The notes: a model not told the origin generated them from the sequence alone. Counted from the first letter of the stretch, positions 1-10,127 are shown. The stretch: DNA of 64,000 bases from Candidatus Eiseniibacteriota bacterium (GCA_963717935.1 CAVQXP010000002.1:64001-128000); one strand, 5' to 3'. Numbers and translations are program-made.

Positions 1-168
1 ACTGACGCCGGGGCCCCGGACGGTGTACAGTGCCTCGCACTTCGTGCCGGCGACGGGCTCCTGGCCCGGGACCGGTCTCACACCAGCCGCTTCGCCGTGG
101 CGTCCGCCGCACCACGCAGGCCACGCGGGGCAAGATGCGGCCCGCGCAGGGCAGGGGAGAAGGAGTCG

Positions 169-1341
169 ATGGAGCACCTGTTGACCGAGGAGCAGCGCGC
201 CATCCGCGACCTGGCGCGCACGATCGCCGAGGAAAAGGTCAAGCCCGTCCGGGCGAAGTACGACGAAGAGGGCATCTTCCCCTGGGACATCGTCCGGGCG
301 ATGGCGAAGGTGGACCTGTTCCGCGTGTTCGTGCCGACCGCCTACGATGGGCTGGTCGAGACGGGGCTGGGCATCACCAACATGTGCCTCGTCACCGAGG
401 AGCTGTCCAAGGCCTGCGCCGGGATCGCGCTGGCCTTCGCCGGCACGGCGCTCGGCGCGTTCCCCATCCTGCTCTTCGGCTCGGAGGAGCAGAAGCAGAA
501 GTACCTGCCCGCCATGGCGGCGGGGGAGAAGCTGGCGGCCTTCGGGCTCACCGAGGCGATGGCCGGCTCGGACGCCGGCTCGCTGCGCACCACCGCGCGG
601 CGCGACGGTGACCACTACGTCCTCAACGGGACGAAGGTCTTCATCACCAATGGCGGCGAGGCGGACATCTACACCACGGTCGCGCTGACCCAGCCCGAGA
701 AGGGCGCGCGCGGGGCCTCGTGCTTCGTCATCGAGAAGGGCACCCCCGGATTCTCCTTCGGCAAGAAGGAGAAGAAGATGGGCATCCGCGCCAGCGTCAC
801 CTCGGAGCTGGTCTTCGAGAACGCCCGCGTGCCGGCCGCGAACCTGCTGGGCCGCGAGGGCCAGGGCTTCATCGTGGCGATGAAGACCTTCGACGTCTCC
901 CGTCCGGGCGTGGCCGCGCAGGCGCTGGGCATCGCCGAGGGCGCGCTGGAGGAGACGCTCAAGTACGCGCACCAGCGGCAGCAGTTCGGCAAGAGCATCG
1001 TCTCCTTCCAGGGCGTGCAGTGGATGCTGGCCGACATGGCCATGCAGATCGAGGCCGCGCGCGGGCTCATCTACGGGCTCGCCGACCGCATCGACAAGGG
1101 CGACACCCGGGACATCGGACACCTCTCGGCGATGGCCAAGGTGTTCGCCTCGGACACGGCGATGAAGGTCACCACCGACGCCGTGCAGTTGCTGGGCGGC
1201 TACGGCTACATGACCGAATACCCGGTCGAGAAGATGATGCGCGACGCCAAGATCACGCAGATCTACGAGGGCACGAACCAGATCCAGCGCAACGTGATCG
1301 GCTCGCAGCTCGTGCGCGAGGCGGCGAAGCTGGCGCGATAG
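169..1341 (+). CDS. Acyl-CoA dehydrogenase (short/branched-chain type)
   Basis: AAGGAG RBS before ATG 169; motifs FGLTEAMAGSD, LNGTKVFITNG, KMGIRAS, RQQFGK, GGYGY, RDAKITQIYEGTNQIQR. Confidence 0.95.
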   Translation: MEHLLTEEQRAIRDLARTIAEEKVKPVRAKYDEEGIFPWDIVRAMAKVDLFRVFVPTAYDGLVETGLGITNMCLVTEELSKACAGIALAFAGTALGAFPILLFGSEEQKQKYLPAMAAGEKLAAFGLTEAMAGSDAGSLRTTARRDGDHYVLNGTKVFITNGGEADIYTTVALTQPEKGARGASCFVIEKGTPGFSFGKKEKKMGIRASVTSELVFENARVPAANLLGREGQGFIVAMKTFDVSRPGVAAQALGIAEGALEETLKYAHQRQQFGKSIVSFQGVQWMLADMAMQIEAARGLIYGLADRIDKGDTRDIGHLSAMAKVFASDTAMKVTTDAVQLLGGYGYMTEYPVEKMMRDAKITQIYEGTNQIQRNVIGSQLVREAAKLAR

Positions 1342-1355
1342 GGAAGCCCGATGAC

Positions 1356-1397
1356 CGGCGAGGCGGAGTGGCGTGTGCCGCTCCGCCTCGCCGTTTC
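1356..1397 (+). terminator. Hairpin, probable intrinsic terminator
   Basis: cggcgaggcggagtggc-gtgt-gccgctccgcctcgccg followed by tttc, just after the stop at 1341. Confidence 0.6.
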
Positions 1398-1481
1398 ATG
1401 ACGGCTGCGCCGCCCGGGCTCTCGCGATGGGAGCGTCCTCGCCGCAAGGATCGGAGCCTCCGGGAAGCGCAGGGGGGTTCA

Positions 1482-2513
1482 ATGAGCGAAAGCGGAGGAA
1501 CCGTGGTTGTCGGTAGACGGCCAATTCGTCTGCTGGTCTTAGGGCTGCTGGGATGTGTGGTGGTTGCCCTTGCGCTGGAATGTCGGGATGAGCGGAAGAT
1601 CGACAGCCGTGTGCCCGGGGTGCTTATTGTCACCAGCGGGGGGTCGGATCTGTGCGTGTATCGATTTGCCGTTCGAGATGAACAGTGGATTGAGTGGTCG
1701 AAGTGGAGGAGTACTGCAGAATCCGGTCCTGGGGGACGGTTGGGGGATGAAGTGATCATTTCGGGTCAAGACTCACTGGGAGAGCGTCGTATCAGCCGCG
1801 TTGCGCTGGGTGGCCGCGTGAGGCCGATGTGGAAGGTGAGTGTCCCCATTCTTCGGACCACCGGTCATGACAGGGTCCCGGCGTGATGGGGGACTCGACT
1901 CGGGTTCCCTCGACGGCGGCTTCCGAGGTTGGCGCAGGAACTCGTGTTCTCGACCGGTGGCGGCTGCCGGCATCCGCCGGTCGGAGGTCGGCTACTGCCT
2001 CTTGTGTGCGCCGCTGCTGATAGTACCCGCATTGACACGCTTGGCGTTGTTGCGCGCGAGGGAGCGCCTGGGCAGTTCATCTGGCCGTACATCTCGGCCC
2101 CTGTGGAGATGGACGATGGGTGGGTGGCGGTAGTCGGGAGCGACCGTGCAGTGTGGAGGGTCCAGGTGTCGACGAGGCGTTGGGCCAGAATCGGGCACGT
2201 GGGCTTGCGGCCACTGCTCTGGCAGGCGCATCGTCGCATTCTGCTCTGTTGGAGACCGGAGGACCCCAACGGCTATGTAGCGTTGCATCTCGGGAATGGC
2301 ACTGAAGAGGAGTTGGCGCAACTCGACGGTGTCGAGGGTTTCGCAGCGCTTGGAGACAGCGACTCGATGCTCGTGTGTCAGCAGTATCGATATCTTTGGA
2401 GAGGGTTGAGCGAGTCGTGGGACATCCGGGTGTTCGACTGGGAGAGCAAGTCGCTGCGTGGCATAGCGGTGTCGAGGGCGCACTTCTCTGATCGTGGCAT
2501 ATGGGTGAGGTGA
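1482..2513 (+). pseudogene. Hypothetical exported protein interrupted by an in-frame TGA at 1884-1886; atypical composition
   Basis: ORF parts 1482..1886 and 1929..2513 share a frame; hydrophobic N-terminus (LLVLGLLGCVVVALAL); visibly more A/T-rich than flanking genes. Confidence 0.4.
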
Positions 2514-2821
2514 ATCTGCTTGTTCAAGTCAGGCTGCTCAAGCGCGGTGACGACCCGACAACCGGCTGTTCAAGTCAGGCATTTCCCCGACACCCGGCCC
2601 TCCGCTGAACGCTAGGCTGCTGGCTCGGTAGTCTCCTCCTCGACTGACACCGCGTGCGCCTGCACGCGTTCATCGCCGGTGCGAGCCCGGCCGCGCCCCG
2701 GGTCCCGGGTCCGTGTCACCTTTCCTCACCGGGTCTCTTCGCCTAGACTGCTTGGCCGACTGGCGTACGGCGGTCGCCCGGGTGACCGACTCCGCCTTCC
2801 TTCGAGCTGACCAGAGGACGC

Positions 2822-4483
2822 ATGCCCCAGATCATCCAGTTGCTGGCCTCCAATCCCCTGCTGCTGCTGTTCAGCGTGATCGGCCTGGGCTACCTCGTGG
2901 GCAGCGCGCGGGTGTTCGGCTTCAGCCTGGGCGTGAGCGCGGTGCTGTTCGTGGGGCTGGCGTTCGGTGCGCTGGACCCGGCGCTGGCGCTGCCCGAATA
3001 CCTCTACGTCATCGGGCTGGTGCTGTTCGTGTACGCCGTGGGGCTGCAGTCGGGACCGGGCTTCTTCGCGTCGTTCGGCAGGCGCGGCATGAAGCTCAAC
3101 CTCGTGGCCACGGCCATCCTGCTGGCGGGCGCGGTGACCGCGGTGCTGGTCGGGCGCCTGGCGCGGCTGCCGGGGTCCGAGATCGCCGGCCTGTTCTGCG
3201 GGGCGCTCACGAACACACCGGCGCTGGCGGGGACGGTGGAGACCCTGAAGCAGCTCACCGCGGGGCAGCCGGCGTCCGAGGTCAGGGCCCTGCTGGCGCG
3301 CCCGGTCGTGGCCTACGGTCTGGCCTACCCCTTCGGCGTGCTGGGCGTCCTGCTGGCCTTCTGGGCGTTCTCGCGCCTGTTCCGCATCGATTTCGCGCGC
3401 GAGGAGGCCGAGCGGCGCAAGGCCACCGGCAAGGGCGACATCGAGTCGCGCACCTATCGCGTGACCAACCCGGGCCTGTTCGGGCTCACCGTGCAGGAGG
3501 CCATGGCGCTGCTGGTGGACCCGGGCTTCGTGCTGAGCCGCGTGCGCCAGGGTGACCGGCTGGAGGTGGCGCTGCCGGACACGCGCCTGTCCGAGGGCGA
3601 CCAGGTGGTGGCGGTGGGCAGCACGGGCTCGCTGGTGCGCGCCAGGGTGCTGTTCGGCGAGGAGTGCACCGAGCACCTGCCCGCCCCGCAGGTCGCCGGC
3701 ATCAGCTACCGCCGCATCTTCGTGTCCAGCCACGAGGTCGTGGGCCGCACCGTGGCGCAGGTCCAGCTCCAGCGGTTCCACGCCACGATCACCCGGCTGC
3801 GCCGCGGCGACGCGGACTTCGTGCCCACGCCCGACACCGTGCTGGAGCTGGGCGACCGCGTGCGCGTGGTCGCGCCCGCCGAGGACCTGGACCGCGTCTC
3901 GAAGTTCTTCGGCGACTCGATCCGCGCGCTGTCGGAGACGGACTTCCTCTCGATGTCGCTGGGGATCGTGCTGGGCGTGCTGCTGGGGATGATCCCGCTG
4001 CCGCTGCCCAACGGCATGACCTTCCACCTGGGCTTCGCCGGCGGGCCGCTCATCATGGCGCTGATCGTGGGCCGCCTGGAGCGCACCGGGCCGATCACCT
4101 GGGGCATGCCGTTCGAGGCGAACCTGGTGCTGCGCCAGCTGGGGCTGGTGTTCTTCCTGGCCGGCGTGGGCACGCGCGCGGGACAGGGGTTCGCGAGCAC
4201 CTTCGCGCAGGGCGGGGGCCTGCTGATCGCGGCCGGCGCGGTCATCACCTCGATGGTGGCGGTGGGCGGGATCCTGGCCGGCTACCGCTTCCTCAAGCTG
4301 CCCATGTCCGCGGTGATGGGCATGGTCTCCGGGATGCACACCCAGCCGGCCTGCCTGGCCTTCGCCACGCAGCACAGCGGCAACGACATGCCGAACGAGT
4401 GGTACGCGAGCGTCTACCCGGCCTCGATGATCGCCAAGATCCTGCTGGCGCAGGTGCTGGTGACGGTGCTGTTCAGGCTGTAG
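2822..4483 (+). CDS. AspT/YidE/YbjL family transporter with two TrkA_C-like domains
   Basis: GLVLFVYAVGLQSGPGFF, GALTNTPALA, YGLAYPFGV, GGPLI, TQPACLAFA, YASVYP; two TM blocks around a soluble region. Confidence 0.9.
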   Translation: MPQIIQLLASNPLLLLFSVIGLGYLVGSARVFGFSLGVSAVLFVGLAFGALDPALALPEYLYVIGLVLFVYAVGLQSGPGFFASFGRRGMKLNLVATAILLAGAVTAVLVGRLARLPGSEIAGLFCGALTNTPALAGTVETLKQLTAGQPASEVRALLARPVVAYGLAYPFGVLGVLLAFWAFSRLFRIDFAREEAERRKATGKGDIESRTYRVTNPGLFGLTVQEAMALLVDPGFVLSRVRQGDRLEVALPDTRLSEGDQVVAVGSTGSLVRARVLFGEECTEHLPAPQVAGISYRRIFVSSHEVVGRTVAQVQLQRFHATITRLRRGDADFVPTPDTVLELGDRVRVVAPAEDLDRVSKFFGDSIRALSETDFLSMSLGIVLGVLLGMIPLPLPNGMTFHLGFAGGPLIMALIVGRLERTGPITWGMPFEANLVLRQLGLVFFLAGVGTRAGQGFASTFAQGGGLLIAAGAVITSMVAVGGILAGYRFLKLPMSAVMGMVSGMHTQPACLAFATQHSGNDMPNEWYASVYPASMIAKILLAQVLVTVLFRL

Positions 4484-4500
4484 ACGCGGGTTCCCGCGTC
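4483..4500. terminator. Short hairpin between convergent genes
   Basis: gacgcggg-tt-cccgcgtc between stops at 4483 and 4504. Confidence 0.4.
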
Positions 4501-4503
4501 CCG

Positions 4504-5280
4504 CTACAGCCCCATCACGTGGTAGCCGGCGTCCACGTAGAGGGTCTCGCCGGTGATGCCGCTCGAGAGGTCCGAGAGCAGGAAGAGCCCGGCGGTGCCG
4601 ATCTCCTCGCGCGTGATGTTGCGCCGCAGGGGGGCCCGCTCGGCGTGGTGCCGCAGCAGGCCGACGAAGCCGTGGATGCCGCGCGCGGCCAGCGTGCTCA
4701 CCGGGCCGGCCGAGATGGCGTTCACGCGGATGTCCTTCGGCCCCAGCTCCCAGGCCAGCTGGCGCACGCTCTGCTCGAGCACCGCCTTGGCGCTGCCCAT
4801 GACGTTGTAGTTGGGCACGGCGCGCTCGGCGGCGAGGTAGGAGAGCGTGACGATGCTCGCCCCGTGGCGCTCGAGCAGCGGCAGCAGGTGGTTCGTGACG
4901 TTGAGCAGCGAGTAGGCGCTGACCTCGAGCGCGAGCTGGAAGCCCTCGCGGGAGGTCGCGACGAACTTGCCCTCGAGGTCCTGCCGGCGCGCGAAGGCGA
5001 TGCCGTGGACCAGGCACTCGACCGAGCCCCATTCGCGATGCAGCCGTCGCGCGACGGCGCTGATGGTGCGGTCCTCGGTCACGTCGCAGGCGAGGGTCAG
5101 CGTGCCGGGCAGGCGCGAGGCCAGCTCCTCGACGTCGGCCCGCAGGCGCTCGCCGGCGTAGGTCAGGCACAGCGCGGCGCCCGCGTGGTGGAGTTGCCGC
5201 GCGATGGCCCACGAGAGGCTGCGGTGGTTGGCCACGCCCATGACCACGGCGTGCCTGCCGCTCAGGTCGATCGTGATCAC
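4504..5280 (-). CDS. fabI: Enoyl-ACP reductase
   Basis: GGAGG RBS, GTG at 5280 overlapping upstream TGA; GVANHRSLSWAIA, HGIAFA, SAYSL, YNVMGSAKAVLE, VNAISAGP, SGITGETLYVDAG. Confidence 0.93.
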   Translation of the reverse strand: MITIDLSGRHAVVMGVANHRSLSWAIARQLHHAGAALCLTYAGERLRADVEELASRLPGTLTLACDVTEDRTISAVARRLHREWGSVECLVHGIAFARRQDLEGKFVATSREGFQLALEVSAYSLLNVTNHLLPLLERHGASIVTLSYLAAERAVPNYNVMGSAKAVLEQSVRQLAWELGPKDIRVNAISAGPVSTLAARGIHGFVGLLRHHAERAPLRRNITREEIGTAGLFLLSDLSSGITGETLYVDAGYHVMGL

Positions 5281-7295
5281 GATGTCCTCCCGGCCGGCGG
5301 GGCGTCGGTGCTCAGGCGGTCCTGGACGTGGTCCCAGACGCGGATGGGCAGGATGACGACCTGCACACCGCGGAACTGCAGCCGGCGCTGGACCGAGAAG
5401 GCGGTCTCGTGGTGGAGCGAGCGGGTGAAGAGGTTCTCCTTCTCGAACACCAGCTGGCCGGCGAACACCACGCAGCGCCGGAACTCCCGGGTGACGTCCA
5501 GGCTCATGGTCTCGAGCTCGGAGATGAGGTCGGTGCCGAGGGTGTAGCGGTACTCGGCGTACACCCCCATGCGCTGCGCCAGCGCCACGTACTTCTCGAG
5601 GTCGCCGCGCACCTTGGCCTCGAGCGCCTCGACGTCGCTCGTCCCCTTGAACTGGCCCGAGTCCACCAGCCCCACGGAGCAGAACACGAAGTTCCGGTAG
5701 TGGTTCCGGGGGAACATGCGGAGGATCGAGAGCAGGGTGTGGATGCCGAGGCCGCCATAGGACTCGACCAGCAGGATGGCGGTCGGGCCCGCGTTGGTCA
5801 GCTCCGCCGGCGCGCCGTGCTCGGCCAGGGGGACGTTGCCGAGGACCTCGTCGAGCGAGCGCTGCATCCGCTGCGTGCGATGGTAGTGGGAGTGGATCAG
5901 GAAGCTGACGACGGCGAGGGCGCCGGTCGCGAGCAGGGACAGCCACACGCCCTCCGCGAACTTCAGCAGGACGGTCAGGACGAGCATGCCGCCCGTCACC
6001 AGCGTGCCCACCGCGGCCGTGGCGAGACGCCGCCGCCAGTGGGCCTGCTCGTGGCGCGTGCGCCACCAGTGGCGCACCATGCCGGCCTGGGTGAGTGTGA
6101 ACGCGATGAAGACCGTGGTCGCGTACATGACGACCAGCGTCGAGACCGCGCCGCGCGTCTGCAGCACGAGGAGCGCCGCGGCCACGCCCATCGTCACGAC
6201 CCCGTTCTGGGTGACCAGGCGCTCGGAGAGGTGGGCCATGCGCTTGGGCACCCACTGGTCCGAGCCCATGGCGGCGAGGGTGCGCGGTCCGGCGATGAAG
6301 CCCGTCTGCGCGGCCACGAAGAGGAGGGCGCCCTCGGAGAGCAGGGTGAAGCCCGCGATCGCCGGGGAGACGTCCCAGCCACCGATCCGCCAGCTGCTCG
6401 TGAGCTGCTCCCACAGCACGGCGTTGAGAGTCCTGCCGGGGACCGGGTTCACGTTGCTCAGCATGTAGCAGAGCAGGATGCCGCCCGCCGTGAACGCCAG
6501 CGAGATCGCCATGTAGAGCATGGTGCGCTTGCCGGTCACCACGCGGGGCTCGCGCAGGATGTCGGTGCTGTTGCTCACCGCCTCGATGCCGGTGTAGGTG
6601 CCGCCGCCCAGCGAGTAGGCGCGCACGAAGATGACCAGCATCCCGACGAGACCCAGTTCGGAGATGCCGCCGTGGGTGTCCGCCACGGCCTTGGCCACGA
6701 GCGGACCGAGGTCCCTGCCGTGCGAGAAGATGCCGTAGCCGATGAGGGCGAGGTGGCTGGCCATGAAGGCGAGGAAGATGGGGACCAGCACCGCGATGGA
6801 CTCGCGCACCCCGCGGATGTTGAGCGCGGTGAGGCCCGCGATGATGATGACCGCCGCCGGCAGCCGATAGTCGTGCCAGCCCCCGGGCAGGAACGAGAAG
6901 ATGGCGGCGCAGCCCGAAGCCACCGAGATCGAGATGGTCAGGACGTAGTCCACGACCAGCGCGCACCCGGCGATCACGCCGGGCGCCGGGCCCAGCAGCT
7001 TCGTCGCGACCAGGTAGCCCCCCCCGCCGGTCGGGAACATCTCGACGATCTGGCTGTACGAGCTGGCGATGATGAACACCGTGGCTATGGTCGCGATGAC
7101 CAGGTACAGGGCCAGTTCCCGGTGGGCGCCCAGCTGCAGGTAGGCTTCTTCGGGCCCGTACGCGGAGGAGGACAGGCCGTCCGAGCCCAGCCCGACCCAG
7201 GCGAAGAAGGCGATCAGGCTGAGGTTCTGGAAGATGCGTGGGTCGAGCAGGTTCTTGGGGCCGCCGAGCAGCTGACCCCACAATCGGGCGAGCAC
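5277..7295 (-). CDS. APC-superfamily transporter, KimA/YdaO-like (copy 1)
   Basis: DGLSSSAYGPEE, FPTGGGGY, ALVVDYVLT, TGIEAVSN; many TM helices plus soluble C-terminal domain. Confidence 0.85.
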   Translation of the reverse strand: MLARLWGQLLGGPKNLLDPRIFQNLSLIAFFAWVGLGSDGLSSSAYGPEEAYLQLGAHRELALYLVIATIATVFIIASSYSQIVEMFPTGGGGYLVATKLLGPAPGVIAGCALVVDYVLTISISVASGCAAIFSFLPGGWHDYRLPAAVIIIAGLTALNIRGVRESIAVLVPIFLAFMASHLALIGYGIFSHGRDLGPLVAKAVADTHGGISELGLVGMLVIFVRAYSLGGGTYTGIEAVSNSTDILREPRVVTGKRTMLYMAISLAFTAGGILLCYMLSNVNPVPGRTLNAVLWEQLTSSWRIGGWDVSPAIAGFTLLSEGALLFVAAQTGFIAGPRTLAAMGSDQWVPKRMAHLSERLVTQNGVVTMGVAAALLVLQTRGAVSTLVVMYATTVFIAFTLTQAGMVRHWWRTRHEQAHWRRRLATAAVGTLVTGGMLVLTVLLKFAEGVWLSLLATGALAVVSFLIHSHYHRTQRMQRSLDEVLGNVPLAEHGAPAELTNAGPTAILLVESYGGLGIHTLLSILRMFPRNHYRNFVFCSVGLVDSGQFKGTSDVEALEAKVRGDLEKYVALAQRMGVYAEYRYTLGTDLISELETMSLDVTREFRRCVVFAGQLVFEKENLFTRSLHHETAFSVQRRLQFRGVQVVILPIRVWDHVQDRLSTDAPPAGRTS
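5324..5636. repeat. ~313-bp near-identical repeat, copy A (3' end of transporter 1)
   Basis: Matches 7396..7708 with one mismatch noticed by eye. Confidence 0.9.
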
Positions 7296-7330
7296 GGCGG
7301 GACCATAGGAACTCGCGGGCCTCGAATCAA
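7296..7330 (-). promoter_or_regulatory. Sigma70-type promoter, probably leaderless (copy 1)
   Basis: Minus strand TTGATT-17nt-TATGGT-cccgcc-GTG; no SD. Confidence 0.65.
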
Positions 7331-7384
7331 GCGCCGTCTACGCGGGCCGGCCGGCCGCCGGCCGCGGCGCGCCCCCGGGCGTTC

Positions 7385-9364
7385 TCAGGCGGCCCGGACG
7401 TGGTCCCAGACGCGGATGGGCAGGATGACGACCTGCACACCGCGGAACTGCAGCCGGCGCTGGACCGAGAAGGCGGTCTCGTGGTGGAGCGAGCGGGTGA
7501 AGAGGTTCTCCTTCTCGAACACCAGCTGGCCCGCGAACACCACGCAGCGCCGGAACTCCCGGGTGACGTCCAGGCTCATGGTCTCGAGCTCGGAGATGAG
7601 GTCGGTGCCGAGGGTGTAGCGGTACTCGGCGTACACCCCCATGCGCTGCGCCAGCGCCACGTACTTCTCGAGGTCGCCGCGCACCTTGGCCTCGAGCGCC
7701 TCGACGTCCCTCGCCCCCTTGAACTGGCCCGAGTCCACCAGTCCTACGGCGCAGAACACGAAGTTGCGGTAGTAGCGCGGGAACATGCGGATGATCGAGA
7801 GCAGGGTGTGGATGCCGAGGCCGCTGTAGGATTCGACCAGCACGATGGCCGTGGGCCCCGCGTTGGTCAGCTCCGCCGGCGCGCCGTGCTCGGCGAGCGG
7901 GAGGCCGTCGAGGACCTCGTCGAGCGAGCGCAGCATGCGCCGCACGCGGCGGTAGTGGGTGCGCACCAGGTAGCAGAAGCCGATGAGCACGCCCGTGGCG
8001 ATCAGGGTCACCCAGCCGCCCTCGCGGAACTTGATCACGGAGGTCACCACCAGCACCGTCGCGGTCACGAAGGTGCCGGTCATCGCCACGATCATGCGCC
8101 GCCGCCAGTGCCCGCCCTCGCCGCGCACCTGCCACCAGTGGCGCACCATGCCCAGCTGGCTCAGGGTGAAGGTCATGAACACGTTGATGGAGTACATGAC
8201 CACGAGGATCTTGACCTGGCCCAGGGTGTAGACGAGCACCGCCACGGCGGCGAGCCCCATGGCGATGACGCCATTCTGGGTCACGAGCCGCTCGGAGAGG
8301 TGGGCCATGCGCTTCGGGACCCACTCGTCCACCGCCATGGCCGCGAGGGTGCGCGGCCCCGCCGTGAAGCCGGTCTGCGCGGCCACGAAGAGGAGCGCGC
8401 CCTCCGAGAACAGGGTGATGGCCACGATGGCCGGGCCGAGGGCGAAGCCGCCCAGGCGCCAGCCGCCGGTCAGGGTGTCCCAGAGCGTGGCATTGAGGGT
8501 CCGCCCGGGCTCGTGGTGCACGCCGTTCAGCAGGTAGCACAGCAGGATGCCGCCGGCGGTGAACGAGAGCGACGTGGCCATGTAGAGCATGGTGCGCTTG
8601 CCGGTCGCCACGCGGGGCTCGCGCAGGATGTCCGTGCTGTTGCTCACCGCCTCGATGCCGGTGTAGGTGCCGCCGCCCAGCGAGAAGGCGCGCAGGAAGA
8701 CGATCAGCACGCCCAGTCCGCCCAGCTCCGCGACCGCCCGGTGCGTGTCGGTCACGGTGTCGGCCAACAGCGTGGGGAGGGCGCTGGAGTGGCGCAGCAC
8801 GCCGAAGAAGATGAGCGGGATGTGGGTCAGGACGAAGGCCAGGAAGATGGGCGTGAGCACCAGGATCGATTCCTTGACCCCGCGCAGGTTGAGCCCGGTG
8901 AGCATCGTGACGACCACGAGCTCGGTCGGCAGCTTCAGTGGTTGCAGATCCGGTGGCAGGAACGAGAAGATGGCCTCGACCCCCGCGGCGGTCGAGATGG
9001 CGATGGTGAGGATGTAGTCGATGACCAGCGCACCGCCCGAGACGATGCCGGCGGTGGGGCCCAGGAGCTTGGTGCCCACCAGGTAGCCGCCGCCGCCGGT
9101 CGGGAACAACTCGATGATCTGGCTGTAGGAGGCGGAGATCAGGAAGACGGTGACCACCGTCGCCACCATCAGGTACAGGGCGAGATGGGCATGTCCGCCG
9201 AGGTTGAGGAACGCCTCCTCGGGGCCGTACGAGGAGGACGAGAGTCCGTCGGCACCCAGCCCGATCCAGGCCAGCATGGCCACCAGGGCGAGGTTGTGAT
9301 GGATGCGTGGATCGAGGAGGTTCTTGGGACCGCCGAGCAGGAGGTCCTTCATGCGCGCGAACAC
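7385..9364 (-). CDS. APC-superfamily transporter, KimA/YdaO-like (copy 2)
   Basis: Paralog of copy 1 (DGLSSSSYGPEE, TGIEAVSNSTDILREPRV); GTG 9364 chosen by homology of upstream sequence. Confidence 0.85.
   Translation of the reverse strand: MFARMKDLLLGGPKNLLDPRIHHNLALVAMLAWIGLGADGLSSSSYGPEEAFLNLGGHAHLALYLMVATVVTVFLISASYSQIIELFPTGGGGYLVGTKLLGPTAGIVSGGALVIDYILTIAISTAAGVEAIFSFLPPDLQPLKLPTELVVVTMLTGLNLRGVKESILVLTPIFLAFVLTHIPLIFFGVLRHSSALPTLLADTVTDTHRAVAELGGLGVLIVFLRAFSLGGGTYTGIEAVSNSTDILREPRVATGKRTMLYMATSLSFTAGGILLCYLLNGVHHEPGRTLNATLWDTLTGGWRLGGFALGPAIVAITLFSEGALLFVAAQTGFTAGPRTLAAMAVDEWVPKRMAHLSERLVTQNGVIAMGLAAVAVLVYTLGQVKILVVMYSINVFMTFTLSQLGMVRHWWQVRGEGGHWRRRMIVAMTGTFVTATVLVVTSVIKFREGGWVTLIATGVLIGFCYLVRTHYRRVRRMLRSLDEVLDGLPLAEHGAPAELTNAGPTAIVLVESYSGLGIHTLLSIIRMFPRYYRNFVFCAVGLVDSGQFKGARDVEALEAKVRGDLEKYVALAQRMGVYAEYRYTLGTDLISELETMSLDVTREFRRCVVFAGQLVFEKENLFTRSLHHETAFSVQRRLQFRGVQVVILPIRVWDHVRAA
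7396..7708. repeat. ~313-bp near-identical repeat, copy B (3' end of transporter 2)
   Basis: Matches 5324..5636. Confidence 0.9.
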
Positions 9365-9399
9365 GGCGGGACCATAGGGATTCGACCGGCCCGAATCAA
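9365..9399 (-). promoter_or_regulatory. Sigma70-type promoter, probably leaderless (copy 2)
   Basis: Minus strand TTGATT-17nt-TATGGT-cccgcc-GTG; same boxes as copy 1, spacer diverged. Confidence 0.65.
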
Positions 9400-9416
9400 G
9401 GGGGAGCCGTAAGGGC

Positions 9417-10127
9417 ATGAACCTGCTCGATCGCCGCGGCGCGTTCCGCCCCCTCGACGACGTGGCCCGCGCGGTGATGGCGTGCGAGCGGTGTCCGCGG
9501 CTGCGGGCGCATTGCCGCCAGGTGGCCGAGGTGCGCAAGCGCGAGTTCCGCGACCAGCCCTACTGGGGCCGGCCGGTACCGGGCTTCGGCGACCGCCGGG
9601 CGCGGCTGCTCATCGTGGGCCTGGCGCCGGCGGCGCACGGCGCCAACCGGACCGGGCGCATGTTCACGGGCGACTCGAGCGGCGACTGGCTCCACGAGGC
9701 GCTCCACCGCGCGGGTTTCGCGAGCCAGCCGCACTCGGTGAGCCGGGACGACGGCCTGCGCCTCACGGACGTCTGGGTCACCGCCGCGGCGCGTTGCGCC
9801 CCGCCCGGGAACCGGCCCACGCGCGAGGAGCTCGCCCGCTGCCGCCCCTTCCTCGAGGCGGAGATCGCCAGACTGGCGCGCGTGCGCGTCGTGCTCTCGC
9901 TGGGTGGCGTTGCTCACGAGGCGTGGCTGCGGGCCTCCGGCTGGTGGGAGCGGCTGCCGGCCCGCCAGCGGCCGCGCTTCGCCCACGGGGCCGAGACCGC
10001 CCTGCCGGACGGGCGCGTCCTCGTGGCCTCGTACCACCCGAGCCGCCAGAACACGAACACGCGCCGCCTCACGCGGAAGATGTGGCACGCGGTCTTCCGC
10101 CGCGCGCGCCGGCTCCTCGACGAGTGA
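9417..10127 (+). CDS. udgB: Uracil-DNA glycosylase family 5 (UdgB-like, Fe-S)
   Basis: CERCPRL, YWGRPVPGFGD, GLAPAAHGANRTGRMFTGD, RCAPPGNRP, SYHPSRQNTNT. Confidence 0.9.
   Translation: MNLLDRRGAFRPLDDVARAVMACERCPRLRAHCRQVAEVRKREFRDQPYWGRPVPGFGDRRARLLIVGLAPAAHGANRTGRMFTGDSSGDWLHEALHRAGFASQPHSVSRDDGLRLTDVWVTAAARCAPPGNRPTREELARCRPFLEAEIARLARVRVVLSLGGVAHEAWLRASGWWERLPARQRPRFAHGAETALPDGRVLVASYHPSRQNTNTRRLTRKMWHAVFRRARRLLDE

Noticed and set aside
1884..1910. Selenocysteine recoding of the in-frame TGA
   Set aside because: The hairpin loop is very close to the UGA and lacks a typical SECIS apical G; the context is not a redox motif
2521..2580. CRISPR-like repeat (tgttcaagtcaggc twice, 32-nt gap)
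   Set aside because: Only two 14-bp copies and no cas genes
4504..7281. Apparent 925-aa FabI fusion (similarly 11602..14064, 38668..41859, 49476..50561)
   Set aside because: The N-terminal extensions are off-frame readings of the upstream gene; real starts have an RBS or stop/start overlap
7296..9416. c-di-AMP (ydaO) riboswitch upstream of the KimA-like genes
   Set aside because: Upstream gaps are under 90 bp and the promoters abut the start codons, leaving no room
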